Source of the DNA: Granulicella sp.
GTDB lineage: Bacteria > Acidobacteriota > Terriglobia > Terriglobales > Acidobacteriaceae
Assembly: GCA_027339965.1 (NCBI GenBank)
Contig: DAHWNL010000078.1
Coordinates: 128,001-192,000 of the forward strand
Direction: 5' to 3'
DNA length: 64,000 bases
Part shown: positions 28,927 through 39,566 of the stretch, one piece after another
How the letters are laid out: the number at the start of each line of letters is the position of its first letter
Numbering within the stretch: the first letter of the stretch is position 1
Notes under the pieces: generated by a model
Seen by the model: the letters and a program-made list of their open reading frames with translations, nothing else
The model's database searches: none
What the model was told of the DNA's origin: nothing
Position numbers and translations under genes: made by a program

Positions 28927-30312
28927 TCAGTACAACTCCAGGACGATGCTGCCGCGAGGTGGCAGGCTGAGGACGATCCTCCGGGCAGGTTCGAAAACGG
29001 TATGGTTCCAGAGATTGCGTGATCGGAGCTTGGAGCCACGGATGCCCAGTTGCTTCCATGTGAAATTCACGGTCGCTTGGCTGTCAGAGAGATTGAAGAG
29101 CGCGAGATACTGAGAATCGCCACCGGAAGCTGCTTGGGCGACGGTCGCACTCCAGACGCTCAGGTTCCGAGAAGCTGGGCCCAGACGATTGGCGGAGATA
29201 GGACGGCTCGAAGTTGCATGCTGGTCGATGGAGAGCAGCGTTCGGTTGGTGAGCAGTGAGCGCGAAAGTGCGTTGAGGCGGGTAAGATTCCCGCCAAAAA
29301 ACAATGGGGCTCGGGCGAAGCACCAAAGGGCAAATTCGGTTCTCTGCTCATCAAATGTCTCACCCGATTCGCGCGCAACTCCCCAGCCTGGGCTTGGTCC
29401 CAACCATCCTTCGGGAAGCATGTCCGGATCCGGCCAGTGGCCGGGGCGGGCGTAGGAAGACCAGAAGGCGAGTCGCTGGAAGGCTTCTTCCACACCAAAC
29501 GGGAACTCGCCTTCCGGGTCGTGCCGAAATTTCCACCCGTCCCAATGGTCGCCGGAGATGCGCCACATCTGGGCCATGCCGGTGACTTCGCCGACCTCAC
29601 TCAAGGGTGGCGGGCCAGTGGCAAGACTGAGGACGATGGGCCGGCCGGCCTTGCGGATCGCTGTGGCGATCTGGCGTACCTCAGAGAGACGATACGGGTG
29701 GCCCGCGACGCAGTCCACTTTGAGAAAGTCGATACCCCAGGATGCGTAGAGCTTCATCATGGAGTCGTAGTAGGCTTGCCCGGCAGGGTTATCCTTTACT
29801 CCCCAGACGCCGGCAAACCACGGACAGGGAGCATTGGTGTCGGCGGCATCGGCGGCGCGAAAGCCAGTTCCAGCTATGGGCAGGTTGGCCGTGACGACCT
29901 GGCGAGGAATGCCGCGCACGATGTAGATGCCAAACTTGAGTCCACGCGCGTGAACCCAATCAGCAAGGGGTTTGAAGCCGGCGCCGTTTGCCGAAGACGG
30001 AAAGCGTCCGGGAGCGGGGATGAGCAGCCCGTTGCGATTCCAAACGTAGAATTTCTGCTCGACTGAGTGCCCTGTGGGATTGGCCATAAACCACCCAAGG
30101 TCGATTACAGCGTACCTCCACCCGTAGTTCGCCAGCGTACCAAGAACTGTTGCATTGGCCTTGAACTGATCCTCATTGATGGCGAGCCCATAGGCGTCCC
30201 AACTGTTCCAGCCCATGGGGGGCGTAGAGGCAAGGTCCTCGGCCAGGATGCGAACTCCGGCAAGGAAGAGAACCGCAAGCAGCGCCGCAGAGAGGGGGCG
30301 GTGTCTGGTCAT
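28927..30312 (-). CDS. Glycoside hydrolase family 27 (alpha-galactosidase-like), secreted
   Basis: PPMGWNSW, DFLKVDC, MWRISGD and WPDPDMLP motifs. Confidence 0.9.
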   Translation of the reverse strand: MTRHRPLSAALLAVLFLAGVRILAEDLASTPPMGWNSWDAYGLAINEDQFKANATVLGTLANYGWRYAVIDLGWFMANPTGHSVEQKFYVWNRNGLLIPAPGRFPSSANGAGFKPLADWVHARGLKFGIYIVRGIPRQVVTANLPIAGTGFRAADAADTNAPCPWFAGVWGVKDNPAGQAYYDSMMKLYASWGIDFLKVDCVAGHPYRLSEVRQIATAIRKAGRPIVLSLATGPPPLSEVGEVTGMAQMWRISGDHWDGWKFRHDPEGEFPFGVEEAFQRLAFWSSYARPGHWPDPDMLPEGWLGPSPGWGVARESGETFDEQRTEFALWCFARAPLFFGGNLTRLNALSRSLLTNRTLLSIDQHATSSRPISANRLGPASRNLSVWSATVAQAASGGDSQYLALFNLSDSQATVNFTWKQLGIRGSKLRSRNLWNHTVFEPARRIVLSLPPRGSIVLELY

Positions 30313-30582
30313 GTGGGAAGATATAGCACAATGATCAGCTCTAGCGGCGCGCGACGGACCAAAAGCGGGCGAAGCGTAGGTTGGAAGGTGGGACTCGACC
30401 TGTGCTGAAGCCAGAACTCGAGCACGGTGATACGATCAAAAGCTATCCGGCAGAGTCGATTGCTGTTGCAAGCTCTGCGCGCAACAAAGGCGAGAACGCG
30501 AGGGTTGTTTTGCGCCTGCGAGTTCCGGCAAAGTTCTCCTTAAGCCGTAAGCTCAGCCTGATGGCTTCCGATTGAGGTTTCG

Positions 30583-31521
30583 ATGGTGAAAAAGCGAAGA
30601 CGCAGTGCATGTTTTGCCGTAATAACGCTCATGGTTTTTCTAGACGGGGCCGCTGCGGCGGCGCAGAGCTCCGCCGTTGCCGCACCGGCTCAGGAGTTGT
30701 CCTGTTCTCTGCCCGGACTTACAGCGGATGCGGCAAAAGCACCCACAGTGAAGGAACTTCTTCAGGCTTATAACGCGCAGGGAAGATCGATTCGCAGCCT
30801 TCACGCCTTCTTGATGTTGCACGCTCAGGACAGTGCTGAACTGAATGGGAAGCTGAAAAATTCAAAGCCATTTCCGGCCATGCTCACCTTCAGGTCGCCG
30901 GCATCACTGCGATTGACGGGAGCCATCCCATTCTCTTCCCGCCGAATATTCGACCTCGCCAGCGACGGGCACACATTTGAACTGCTGACGCCCGAAGGCA
31001 AGACGATGCGCTTGATTCTGGGAGAGGTGGACGCGCCGGCTACTTCGCCCAATCCTCGAGAAGATATAAGGCCCCAAGCAATCCTGGAGGCAGTTCGGCT
31101 GCTTCCGGCGCGGCTTTCAGGCTCGCCAGTAGCCACACCCAGAAGGCCGGCTCACTCGACAACGGTCGATGTAGAACTCGATGCCTCCACCGGATCTGTA
31201 GCGGCTCAACTCGAATTCGATCTGCATTCCGGCACGATTTCACGTCTTTCCATCTCCGGCCCTCGGGGAAACTCTGGCACGGAAGTAGATTACTCCGACT
31301 GGCAACGTGAACCCGATGGGCGGCAAACAGGCAAGTTCGTCTGCTTCCCATCCCGCATCCTGGTTACGCAGCCAACGCAGGGCCGGCGGCTGGAGTTCAA
31401 GTTTCTTTCCATCGAGATGAACAAACCGACGCCGCTTTCGCAGTTTCGCTTTTTCCCGCCGCCGGGCGTTGTGGTTACACGGGTCGGACGCAGTGGTCGG
31501 GGGAGTGCAGCCAAGCCGTAG
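30583..31521 (+). CDS. Secreted LolA-like/DUF4292-like protein
   Basis: Signal peptide; LRLTG...IFDLASDGHTFELL, EVDYSDW, FPSRI and C-terminal F..PPGV, typical of LolA-fold proteins. Confidence 0.55.
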   Translation: MVKKRRRSACFAVITLMVFLDGAAAAAQSSAVAAPAQELSCSLPGLTADAAKAPTVKELLQAYNAQGRSIRSLHAFLMLHAQDSAELNGKLKNSKPFPAMLTFRSPASLRLTGAIPFSSRRIFDLASDGHTFELLTPEGKTMRLILGEVDAPATSPNPREDIRPQAILEAVRLLPARLSGSPVATPRRPAHSTTVDVELDASTGSVAAQLEFDLHSGTISRLSISGPRGNSGTEVDYSDWQREPDGRQTGKFVCFPSRILVTQPTQGRRLEFKFLSIEMNKPTPLSQFRFFPPPGVVVTRVGRSGRGSAAKP

Positions 31522-31867
31522 CCTGAAGCGGCAACTCGCACAGGCAGGCGTGTACCGGGCGCATCTTCGTTCCATAGGCGGCGTACCCAGACCAAAGCGC
31601 AATCGTCTGAGCGCATTCGAGGGCACCCAATCGTTCCAGATCTCAGCTAATCGAGTTGCAGGTTCCCCTGGTAGATGATGAACTTACCTCGCCCGGTGCC
31701 GGGGGATCGCCACGACATTTTCCCTGTTGCAAATTTTTTTACGAAACTGCCGTGATAGAACGCGCAGAACACACACTTAACAATAAGGGCTGCAAGGTTA
31801 CGTTTAGGCAATAGGACGAAACGTGCGCGGAGACGTGTCTCCGTTTGGCCCCAGTGCGAGGTCATAG

Positions 31868-34800
31868 ATGATTTCGAAGGGGTTTGGAATATTCCTGATC
31901 GGGGCCGTGCTCCGCTTCTTCCCTGCCTGCGGAGCACAGAGCTGGCAGCCGTCTGTCGCAGATGGAATAGCGTCCGGGAACGCAGTTACCCGTCCCATGG
32001 ACCCTGGCAGGTTCCTGCATCCGGCTGGCCGGCCCTATGCTATATCAGGGAGTCGAAAGTTCCTCGAGACGCCGCTCGAGTTCGAGGCCAATCAGGGGCA
32101 GGCACCTAGGGACTACCGGTTTATCGCCTTCGGCCCTTCGTACTCTCTCGGGATCTCCTCCACTGGGCTCGCACTCTCGCTGCATCGGCCACCAGAAGAT
32201 GACAACCGCGGGGAGATTCACGCACCGCCGGCCGCCCGCTCCGCAAGCGTCGCTTTGTCCATCGTCGGGTCCAGCCCCTCTTCCCGGGTGACAGGACTGG
32301 ACTCCCAGCCCGGGCGTAGCAACTACTTTCTCGGGAATAATCCGGCGCAGTGGCACAGGAAGATTCCACAGTTTGCCCGGGTGCGCATCGCAGGCGTCTA
32401 TCCCGGAGTCGATCTGCTCTTTCATGGCAACCGGCAGCAATTGGAATACGACTTTAATATCGCACCGGGCGTGGATCCCAATCAGATTCGGTTCAGAGCC
32501 CTCGGAGCGCAAGCGGTGACGATCGATGCTCAGGGAAATGCGCTGCTGCATACTGCGGCAGGCAACGTCGAACTGAAGCATCCGATAGCCTACCAAGAGA
32601 TTGCGGGCGTTCAGCATCCGGTTCAAAGCTCGTTTGAGATGGACAAGACGGGCCTCCTGCGATTCACCCTCGGCAGTTACGACCAAAGCCGACCCCTGGT
32701 GATCGACCCAATCTTGCTTTACTCCATCAACCTCGGCGGCTCCTACGGAACCGCAGGCATTGGTCTCGCCACGGATGCAAGCGGAGATGTCTATATCACC
32801 GGCAACACCTGCTCGGCCGACTTTCCCTCAACCGCAGGCAACTTTCAGACCATCCATACCAACCCACTCGCTGACGCCTGCGAGGACGGATTTGTCGCCA
32901 AACTGGACTCAACGGCTTCCACCCTGATCTTCTCCGACTTCATTGGTGGCGCTGACGGGGCGAGCACGGGAACCCATGTGGCCGTGGACAGCGGAGGCAA
33001 CGTCTACGTAGCCGGCGCGACCAACGCCACAGACTTCCCGAAGGTCTCCAATATTGGCGTTGCCGCAGCCAAGCAGTGCGGCCTTACGAACACCGGCTTT
33101 GACTGCCCCCAGGGGTTCATCCTGAAGCTGAGTCCTGACGGTTCGCAGATCCTTTTTTCCAGTCTTCTGGGCGGCAGTCAGGCGAGCGGAGCCTACCAGG
33201 TGGGCCTGAACCCAGCGACGGGAGACCTGGATGTTCTGGGTGGCACCAATTCATCTGACTTTTTGCCTGCGCCCACCACGCTCGATACCAGCTTTGAAGC
33301 AGGCTCGTGCAGCAATGGCAATCCCTGCTTCAACGGATTCCTGTTAGGGCTGGATCCTTCCAGCGGAGCGCTGCGGTATGGAACCTTTCTGGGAGGGCAG
33401 GGGAACGTCTGGGCAATGGGGCTGGCCTTCGATCAGAGCGGCAACATCTACATCACGGGCAGCGCGCAACTTCCCTTGTCAAGCAGCCTGGGGAGCGTGA
33501 CCAACACCTACGCTCCGGCAGGCGGAGCGACGGCCTCGGGAACGAGCCTCTATGTTCTGAAGCTGAATCTATCCGGCGCCACCCTTCGTCCCGGCTATCT
33601 GACGCTGGTGGAAGGCGACGCCGATACCGGCGGTTCAACTCTCGCCGTGGATTCCAGCGGAAATGCCTACTTTGGCGGTGGAACCTCCAGCCTGCATCTG
33701 GCGGTTACCTCCGGGGCTTACCAAGCCACCAACACCGATACGGCAGGGAACGGATGCCTTTGGGCGCCGGCGGTCACTCCGTTTATGCCTGCGTCGTGCG
33801 GGACGGGACTGGCCGGGAAGCTCAGTTCGGCCGGCGCACTGTCCTTCCTGACCTATTTGGGAGGCAACAGCCAGACCCAGGTGGAATCGCTGGGGCTGGA
33901 CAGCAACCAGAACCTGTGGATGGCGGGCTCAACGTCATCGACGGACTTTCCGGTGACCACGGGCCACTACCTGATAACCCCGGGATACCTCTCACCCTTC
34001 CTCGCCGAGATGTCAAACGACGGAACCCGACTGCCGTTTGCAACATTGGTAGGAGGCAACTCGGGGCACGCATCTTCCCTGACGATAGACAGCAGTAACA
34101 ACGTCTACCTTGCGGGATACATCTCGAATGGGCTGCAGACACCCAACGTTTACCAGACAAACTTTGCCGGCTTGAGCATGGCGTTTGTAGAAAAATGGGG
34201 AGCGGGCGCTGCACCAAGTATTACCCTTTCGACAAACAATCTGGCGTTCAACAATGTTCCGTTCGGCGCCGTCAGCGCTCCACAAACCATCACGATTCAG
34301 AACACAAGCAGCGTTGCAGCCGAGATTGGGGTGGAGCTGACCTCTAACTATCCGGGGCAGGCAGCGAACTTTGTAGATGCTTCCACCTGCGGAACATCTC
34401 TGGCCGGCGGAGCTTCCTGCACACTCACGGTGACCTTTGTGCCGGGAACGGCGCCGGCCTCCTGCGTGGAGGCGCAGGGGTGCAATGCAGCGGCGCCAAC
34501 GGCCACGCTTGAGATCCAGACGAATGCGCTTCAGGGAACGCAGATCGTCTCCCTGAGCGGATCGACGGGCACGGCTCCCGCCGCCGCGCTGAGCCCCAAT
34601 CCGATCGTCTTCCCGACCCAGGCTGCGGGGAGTACAGGCAATAGCATTCAGGTCGATATGGCAAACACGGGCGATATGAACCTTTTCGCCAGCAGCGTTG
34701 TGCTCAGCGGCCCGAACGCCTCCGACTTCCAGTTGGCCCTCTCGGGCTTTGGTCTCAACTGCGCCAATGCGTTCGCACCGGGGGAGTTCTGCGTTGTTGG

Positions 34801-37729
34801 CGTTACCTTCAGTCCGGCGGCCACGGCTACAGGCACGCGCACGGCCACGTTGACCTTTACGGACAATGCTCCTGACAGCCCGCAGAGTATCCCGATCACC
34901 GGCACAATTGCGGGCCCCGATTCACTTGTGGTTTCGCCTACGGTTGCAGATGTTGGGCCGGTGGTCATCGGGGGCTCCTACACAACCACGGTCTCTCTCA
35001 ATAATCTCTCTCCAAACACTGTCGACGTAACCAGCCTTGCGATTACCGGGACCAATGCCGGAGATTTTTCGGTCGCGCCGGAGTACTGTAGTGCAAGCAG
35101 CGCTCCAATAACGATCGCTTCCGGCTCCTCATGCGGCCTGATCGTAACCTTTGCTCCGACGAGCGGAGCCAGCGGACTGCGCACGGCTACGCTCACTGTG
35201 GGCACCAATCCAGCGATCAGCGGAATTCCCGCGATCACTCTGCAAGGAGACGCTCTCACAAGCTCCCAGACCTCAATCGGGTATTCGTCGACTCCCAACC
35301 CGATGAACTTCGGCGGACTGGAGGTGGGTGAAACATCCAATAATCAGAGCGTTTTGCTCACCATCAAGAACGTTCCTCCATCCATCTGTATTAGCAGTAC
35401 GTCAGCCTGTGGGGCGTCGCTGACGGTTTCCTCCATCACCCCGGGCCTGAGCGATTACTCCGTTGTGGTTCAACCCAGCTCCTACTCCTTCTGCACGGCG
35501 CCACCATTCACAATCCCTCCCGTGGGTGGATACTGCACCTTCGAGGTGGTCTTCACGCCAACGCAGGCCGGGTCCAGAAACACCACGCTTACCATCAACA
35601 GCAACGATCCGCAGGGGCCGGTGCAGATTCCGGTCTATGGCAGCGGCCTGGCGCTCCCTCTGGGCGAGTTTCTGCAGACTGCCCTGAACTTCGGCAACTG
35701 CGCCATTGGCGTGGCCTGCCCACCTTTGAGCACCACGCTTGTGAACGAGGGACAAAGTGACCTGGCGATCAGCTCGGTAACCGCCAGCGAGAACTTTTCG
35801 GTTGCGACAAACTCCTGCCCCGCTTCGCTGGCTCCACAGGCAAGTTGCAACATCTCGCTGAGCTTTACCCCGCCAGCGGCCGGCTTCTTTACGGGAACCC
35901 TGACGATCTCTGACAACGCAGGGTTTAGCTCGCAGCAGATCGTGACGATGACGGGCTCAGGAACCACCGGACCGCAACTGCGGCTGTGGCCCGCCGCGAT
36001 CAACTTTGGAAACCAGACGACGAATATGACGAGCAGCGCACAGACCATTGAAGTGGCCAGCACCGGCGACTCCACGGTGACCTTGCCGGAAAACGGCCTC
36101 TTTACCACCGGTGACTTCATCCTGGATGGCACTACGTGCGGTACGAGCCTGACTGCCGGGCAAACGTGTACGGCAAGCATCGAGTACAGACCATCGAGCT
36201 CTCAGCTTGTGGGGGTTGCTGAGTCCGGGTCACTGGAGGCGACGGACAATGCGACCGGTAGCCCGCAGATCGCCCTGCTGCAGGGAACCCCATCTCAAAG
36301 CACCACGGCAGCGACAACGACCACGCTTGTGTCGTCGCCGAATCCGGCGACCGCAGGAAGCAGTATCTTGTTTACGGCAACGGTGGCAGGACCCTCGGGC
36401 AATACGACTGTGCCCACAGGAACCGTGAGCTTCCTGAACGGAACGACGACTTTGGGCAGCGGGAAGTTAAGCGCCTCTGCTGCAGCCAGCTTCAGCACCT
36501 CTACGCTACCCGCCGGCACATACTCGATCACTGCTGAGTATAGCGGGGACTCAAACTTCAGCGGGTCAACATCGAACGTCGTTACCCAGGTAGTGAATGC
36601 AGCCGCCAAGGCCTCGACAACGACCGTTGTGACCTCTTCCGCAAACCCGTCAACGGTTGGACAATCCGTCTCCTTCACGGCAACGGTCGCCGGCGCGTCT
36701 GGCAGCTCCGGTGTGCCCACGGGGTCAGTGACCTTCATGGATGCCGGAACAACGCTTGGCCGCGGAACCCTGAATGCAGCCGGAATGGCGACCTACAGCA
36801 CATCCTCTCTCAGCATCGGGTCGCAATCCATTACTGCAGTCTACAGCGGCGACTCGAATTTCAATGGATCGACCTCAGCGGCACTCACGCAGATGGTGAA
36901 CGCCGCTGCCCTGCTATCTACGACCACGGCAGTTACCTCTTCGGTGAATCCTTCTGCGCAGGGAGAATCGGTGACGTTTACTGCGACCGTTCTCGGCCCG
37001 TCGGGCAATACCGTCACTCCCACTGGCTCGATCACCTTCTTGGACGGCGCCACCATGTTGGGGACCAGCCCGCTCAACAGCAGTTCGCAGGCGGTCTACA
37101 CGACTGCGTCTCTCGCCGTAGGCAACCACTCCATTACGGCGGTCTACGGAGGCGACACCACCTTTGCGGGATCGACCTCCGCGGCGCTGACGCAAACCGT
37201 GAACGGGCCGGGCTTCTCCCTAAGCCTGAACCCGACAACGGTCACTCTCAACGCCGGCCAATCCGGAAGCACAATCATTACGGTGACTCCCGAGAGCGGC
37301 TTTGATCAGGCAGTTAGCTTTACCTGCTCCGGGCTTCCGTTGGCGAGCACTTGTAGCTTCTCGCCTTCCACCGTGACACCGAACGGAAGCTCCGTCACTT
37401 CAACTTTGACCATCGCGACTGACGTGGCAATGATCCGGCTTCACAGACCGTCTACTTTCGGTGGCCATGGAAGAGCAGCGCAGGGCATCCTGTTGGCTTG
37501 CATGCTGTTCGGCCTTGGCAGCATCTTCCGGGCACGGCGCAGGTGGAAGAGCTTCTTCTCAGCACTCGCCCTCTTTGCTGCATTGGGCTTCGCCTTCTCC
37601 GGCTGCGGCGGCAGCAGCATTGGAACCAGCAGCGGCGCAACCACACCTTCAGGCAGCAGCACGGTGACGGTGACGGCTACGGCTGGCAGCATGAGCAAGA
37701 GTGAGTCATTCGTTCTCGCCGTTCAATAG
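31868..37729 (+). CDS. Large cell-surface protein: SBBP propeller repeats, choice-of-anchor D/ASH domains, three Ig-like (Big_3) repeats
   Basis: FEANQGQ...LEYDF...LVIDP N-domain; DSSGNVYITG.T.S.DFP repeats; Cys-paired C.L.VTF.P modules; TTTTL.SS.NP...PTG.VTF.DG...ITAVYSGDSNF repeats. Confidence 0.9.
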   Translation: MISKGFGIFLIGAVLRFFPACGAQSWQPSVADGIASGNAVTRPMDPGRFLHPAGRPYAISGSRKFLETPLEFEANQGQAPRDYRFIAFGPSYSLGISSTGLALSLHRPPEDDNRGEIHAPPAARSASVALSIVGSSPSSRVTGLDSQPGRSNYFLGNNPAQWHRKIPQFARVRIAGVYPGVDLLFHGNRQQLEYDFNIAPGVDPNQIRFRALGAQAVTIDAQGNALLHTAAGNVELKHPIAYQEIAGVQHPVQSSFEMDKTGLLRFTLGSYDQSRPLVIDPILLYSINLGGSYGTAGIGLATDASGDVYITGNTCSADFPSTAGNFQTIHTNPLADACEDGFVAKLDSTASTLIFSDFIGGADGASTGTHVAVDSGGNVYVAGATNATDFPKVSNIGVAAAKQCGLTNTGFDCPQGFILKLSPDGSQILFSSLLGGSQASGAYQVGLNPATGDLDVLGGTNSSDFLPAPTTLDTSFEAGSCSNGNPCFNGFLLGLDPSSGALRYGTFLGGQGNVWAMGLAFDQSGNIYITGSAQLPLSSSLGSVTNTYAPAGGATASGTSLYVLKLNLSGATLRPGYLTLVEGDADTGGSTLAVDSSGNAYFGGGTSSLHLAVTSGAYQATNTDTAGNGCLWAPAVTPFMPASCGTGLAGKLSSAGALSFLTYLGGNSQTQVESLGLDSNQNLWMAGSTSSTDFPVTTGHYLITPGYLSPFLAEMSNDGTRLPFATLVGGNSGHASSLTIDSSNNVYLAGYISNGLQTPNVYQTNFAGLSMAFVEKWGAGAAPSITLSTNNLAFNNVPFGAVSAPQTITIQNTSSVAAEIGVELTSNYPGQAANFVDASTCGTSLAGGASCTLTVTFVPGTAPASCVEAQGCNAAAPTATLEIQTNALQGTQIVSLSGSTGTAPAAALSPNPIVFPTQAAGSTGNSIQVDMANTGDMNLFASSVVLSGPNASDFQLALSGFGLNCANAFAPGEFCVVGVTFSPAATATGTRTATLTFTDNAPDSPQSIPITGTIAGPDSLVVSPTVADVGPVVIGGSYTTTVSLNNLSPNTVDVTSLAITGTNAGDFSVAPEYCSASSAPITIASGSSCGLIVTFAPTSGASGLRTATLTVGTNPAISGIPAITLQGDALTSSQTSIGYSSTPNPMNFGGLEVGETSNNQSVLLTIKNVPPSICISSTSACGASLTVSSITPGLSDYSVVVQPSSYSFCTAPPFTIPPVGGYCTFEVVFTPTQAGSRNTTLTINSNDPQGPVQIPVYGSGLALPLGEFLQTALNFGNCAIGVACPPLSTTLVNEGQSDLAISSVTASENFSVATNSCPASLAPQASCNISLSFTPPAAGFFTGTLTISDNAGFSSQQIVTMTGSGTTGPQLRLWPAAINFGNQTTNMTSSAQTIEVASTGDSTVTLPENGLFTTGDFILDGTTCGTSLTAGQTCTASIEYRPSSSQLVGVAESGSLEATDNATGSPQIALLQGTPSQSTTAATTTTLVSSPNPATAGSSILFTATVAGPSGNTTVPTGTVSFLNGTTTLGSGKLSASAAASFSTSTLPAGTYSITAEYSGDSNFSGSTSNVVTQVVNAAAKASTTTVVTSSANPSTVGQSVSFTATVAGASGSSGVPTGSVTFMDAGTTLGRGTLNAAGMATYSTSSLSIGSQSITAVYSGDSNFNGSTSAALTQMVNAAALLSTTTAVTSSVNPSAQGESVTFTATVLGPSGNTVTPTGSITFLDGATMLGTSPLNSSSQAVYTTASLAVGNHSITAVYGGDTTFAGSTSAALTQTVNGPGFSLSLNPTTVTLNAGQSGSTIITVTPESGFDQAVSFTCSGLPLASTCSFSPSTVTPNGSSVTSTLTIATDVAMIRLHRPSTFGGHGRAAQGILLACMLFGLGSIFRARRRWKSFFSALALFAALGFAFSGCGGSSIGTSSGATTPSGSSTVTVTATAGSMSKSESFVLAVQ

Positions 37730-38246
37730 GAAAGAGAGCAGAACTGGAAAGCCCTATCGAAAGTGCAGAGCCCTAGGGCTGCTTTGGCCTGCGTCTGGGA
37801 CTAGGCAGGTGACGATCTGCGTCATTGGACGTCTTGCGTGCAAGAGACACGCGTCCTTTGACGAACGAGCCGGAGGCGTTGGCCTCTTCTACTCGAACAT
37901 TGCAAGGTAAGGGTCGACCTCCCTTTTGCAAGCCTCGGCCTTGCAAGCCTCGGTCCGCAGAGGGAAGTCATTGCTGCCGGCCTGCCTCTGTCTGGAATCT
38001 TCGGCAAACGCTCTCTGTAGAACGCAAAGCTTCCGGTCGAGCCAGGCCCTCTCGTCAGAACGGCTTGTTCTTCGCTTTTGGGTTGCAGTCGAATGGAATG
38101 TCTAGAGCATCCTGCATAATGCTGTAGACTACAGATGGCGACTCTTCCGCGAGGCAAAGCGTACGGCTAAAGCCTGCGAGGGGGAATATCGGGTAGTGGT
38201 GCCGTTTGAAATCCACAGGCTCTCGGCTCGGCGGTAAACTTAGGTC

Positions 38247-38456
38247 ATGGCAAAACGACGGCTCCGCATCGTGAAAACAACCCCGAATCTGGGCGCAGTC
38301 TGCGAAAGGTGCGGTATGGGGTTCGACTCCGTTCTGCCGGATCGCTCCGCAGCCGAGGCTGAGATTTACGCTGCCTTTGATGCTCATGTTTGCCTGCCTT
38401 TGGATGCCAGCCAGAACGCTGTGCGGATCATCCGCGAAGCCACAGAAAACAAATAG
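38247..38456 (+). CDS. Small hypothetical protein, possible Zn-binding (CxxC...HxC)
   Basis: 69 aa with CERC and HVC; inside the IS; stop codon abuts the convergent gene. Confidence 0.55.
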   Translation: MAKRRLRIVKTTPNLGAVCERCGMGFDSVLPDRSAAEAEIYAAFDAHVCLPLDASQNAVRIIREATENK

Positions 38457-38666
38457 CTATTCTTCCGCAACTAGAATCTTGTCCTGCATGGCCATGAAAT
38501 GCTCATACCGCATCAGGACAGCCAGCGGATTGTCGTTGTCTTGAATTACCAGCGTCTTATCCAAGTTGCGCAGTTGGGTGACGTTTAGGGACCGGAGCCG
38601 GGTGATCCCGACATGCTGCACGCTTGGGTCAAGATACGGAATAGAAACCTGATTTGCTTTCGCCAT
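38457..38666 (-). CDS. Phd/YefM-like small protein
   Basis: VGITRLR...LVIQDNDNPLAVLMRYEHF matches the Phd fold pattern. RBS GAGG; 9 bp downstream of the transposase. Confidence 0.6.
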   Translation of the reverse strand: MAKANQVSIPYLDPSVQHVGITRLRSLNVTQLRNLDKTLVIQDNDNPLAVLMRYEHFMAMQDKILVAEE

Positions 38667-38675
38667 AATTCCTCG

Positions 38676-39563
38676 TTAGGCCATGTTTTCGAGAGCCTTT
38701 AAGATGATTGCTTTGCCGATCTGCTGAAGCGGCTTCGGCTCAGGGATCAAACTGCATAGTTCTTCCAGCGTCCAGACATGATCCGTCAACCCGGCCTCTA
38801 TTGCCGGAGTAACGCACAGGGTCTTGTGAACCCGGCAGAAGTTGTAGTGCATGAAGTACACCGCGATCTGATGCGCGTGGTTCTCCAGCTTCTTGCTGAA
38901 ACCGTTGGTCGGGCGCGTAAATCTGCGCATCCCCATTCGCATGGAGAGGTTTTGCCGTTCAACGTAAGACGTACTGACATGCTCTGGATCGGGATCGCCG
39001 CTAACCACTTTCATGCCAGTTCCGATGCACTTCGCCGGGGAATAACGGCGCTGCTCGGCATCGGTCGGAGTGCCGTATATCTTCTGTAATTGCGCATAGT
39101 CCACGTCACATCCAAAAGCACCTTCTATGGCTTCCAGATAGTGTTTCAGGCCGTCCGTGGTGAGTTGCACACGACCCCGAATACGTTCGGCGCAATCTTC
39201 CATGAACTCCATTGCCCATGCGCCATCGCGTCCCCCAACGAGCCAAGATACGCAGAGCTTCGTATCGGCATCGATGGCCGTCCAGGTCCATACGTCTCCC
39301 CACCCCTCCGGTTCCCGCTCAGGCTTTACGTTCTTTGCCTTGGCTCCGACAAACGACCAAATTTCATCGCATTGCAGGCGGCGAACGCGCAGGTTGCGGA
39401 CGTGCCGATCATGGAACTTAAAGCAAGCGTCCCCGGCATCTTCCAAGAGGCGCAGGACCGTGTGTTTGCCAACTCCAAGCATCCGGCAGGTAGCGTTGAT
39501 GGAGTTTCCTTCGACCAAAGCTCCAATCACCTTCGACCTCATCTCTGTGCTCAAGCGGTTCAC
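38676..39563 (-). CDS. IS1-family-like DDE transposase
   Basis: N-terminal HTH (LVEGNSINATCRMLGV); QCDEIWSFVG, WTAIDADTK, TTDG and STSYVERQNLSMRMGMRRFTR.TNGFSKK. Confidence 0.9.
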   Translation of the reverse strand: MNRLSTEMRSKVIGALVEGNSINATCRMLGVGKHTVLRLLEDAGDACFKFHDRHVRNLRVRRLQCDEIWSFVGAKAKNVKPEREPEGWGDVWTWTAIDADTKLCVSWLVGGRDGAWAMEFMEDCAERIRGRVQLTTDGLKHYLEAIEGAFGCDVDYAQLQKIYGTPTDAEQRRYSPAKCIGTGMKVVSGDPDPEHVSTSYVERQNLSMRMGMRRFTRPTNGFSKKLENHAHQIAVYFMHYNFCRVHKTLCVTPAIEAGLTDHVWTLEELCSLIPEPKPLQQIGKAIILKALENMA

Positions 39564-39566
39564 GTC

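Noticed and set aside
37900..37955. TTGCAAGCCTCGG direct repeat (two copies plus a partial TTGCAAG)
   Set aside because: Too short and too few copies to assign a function.
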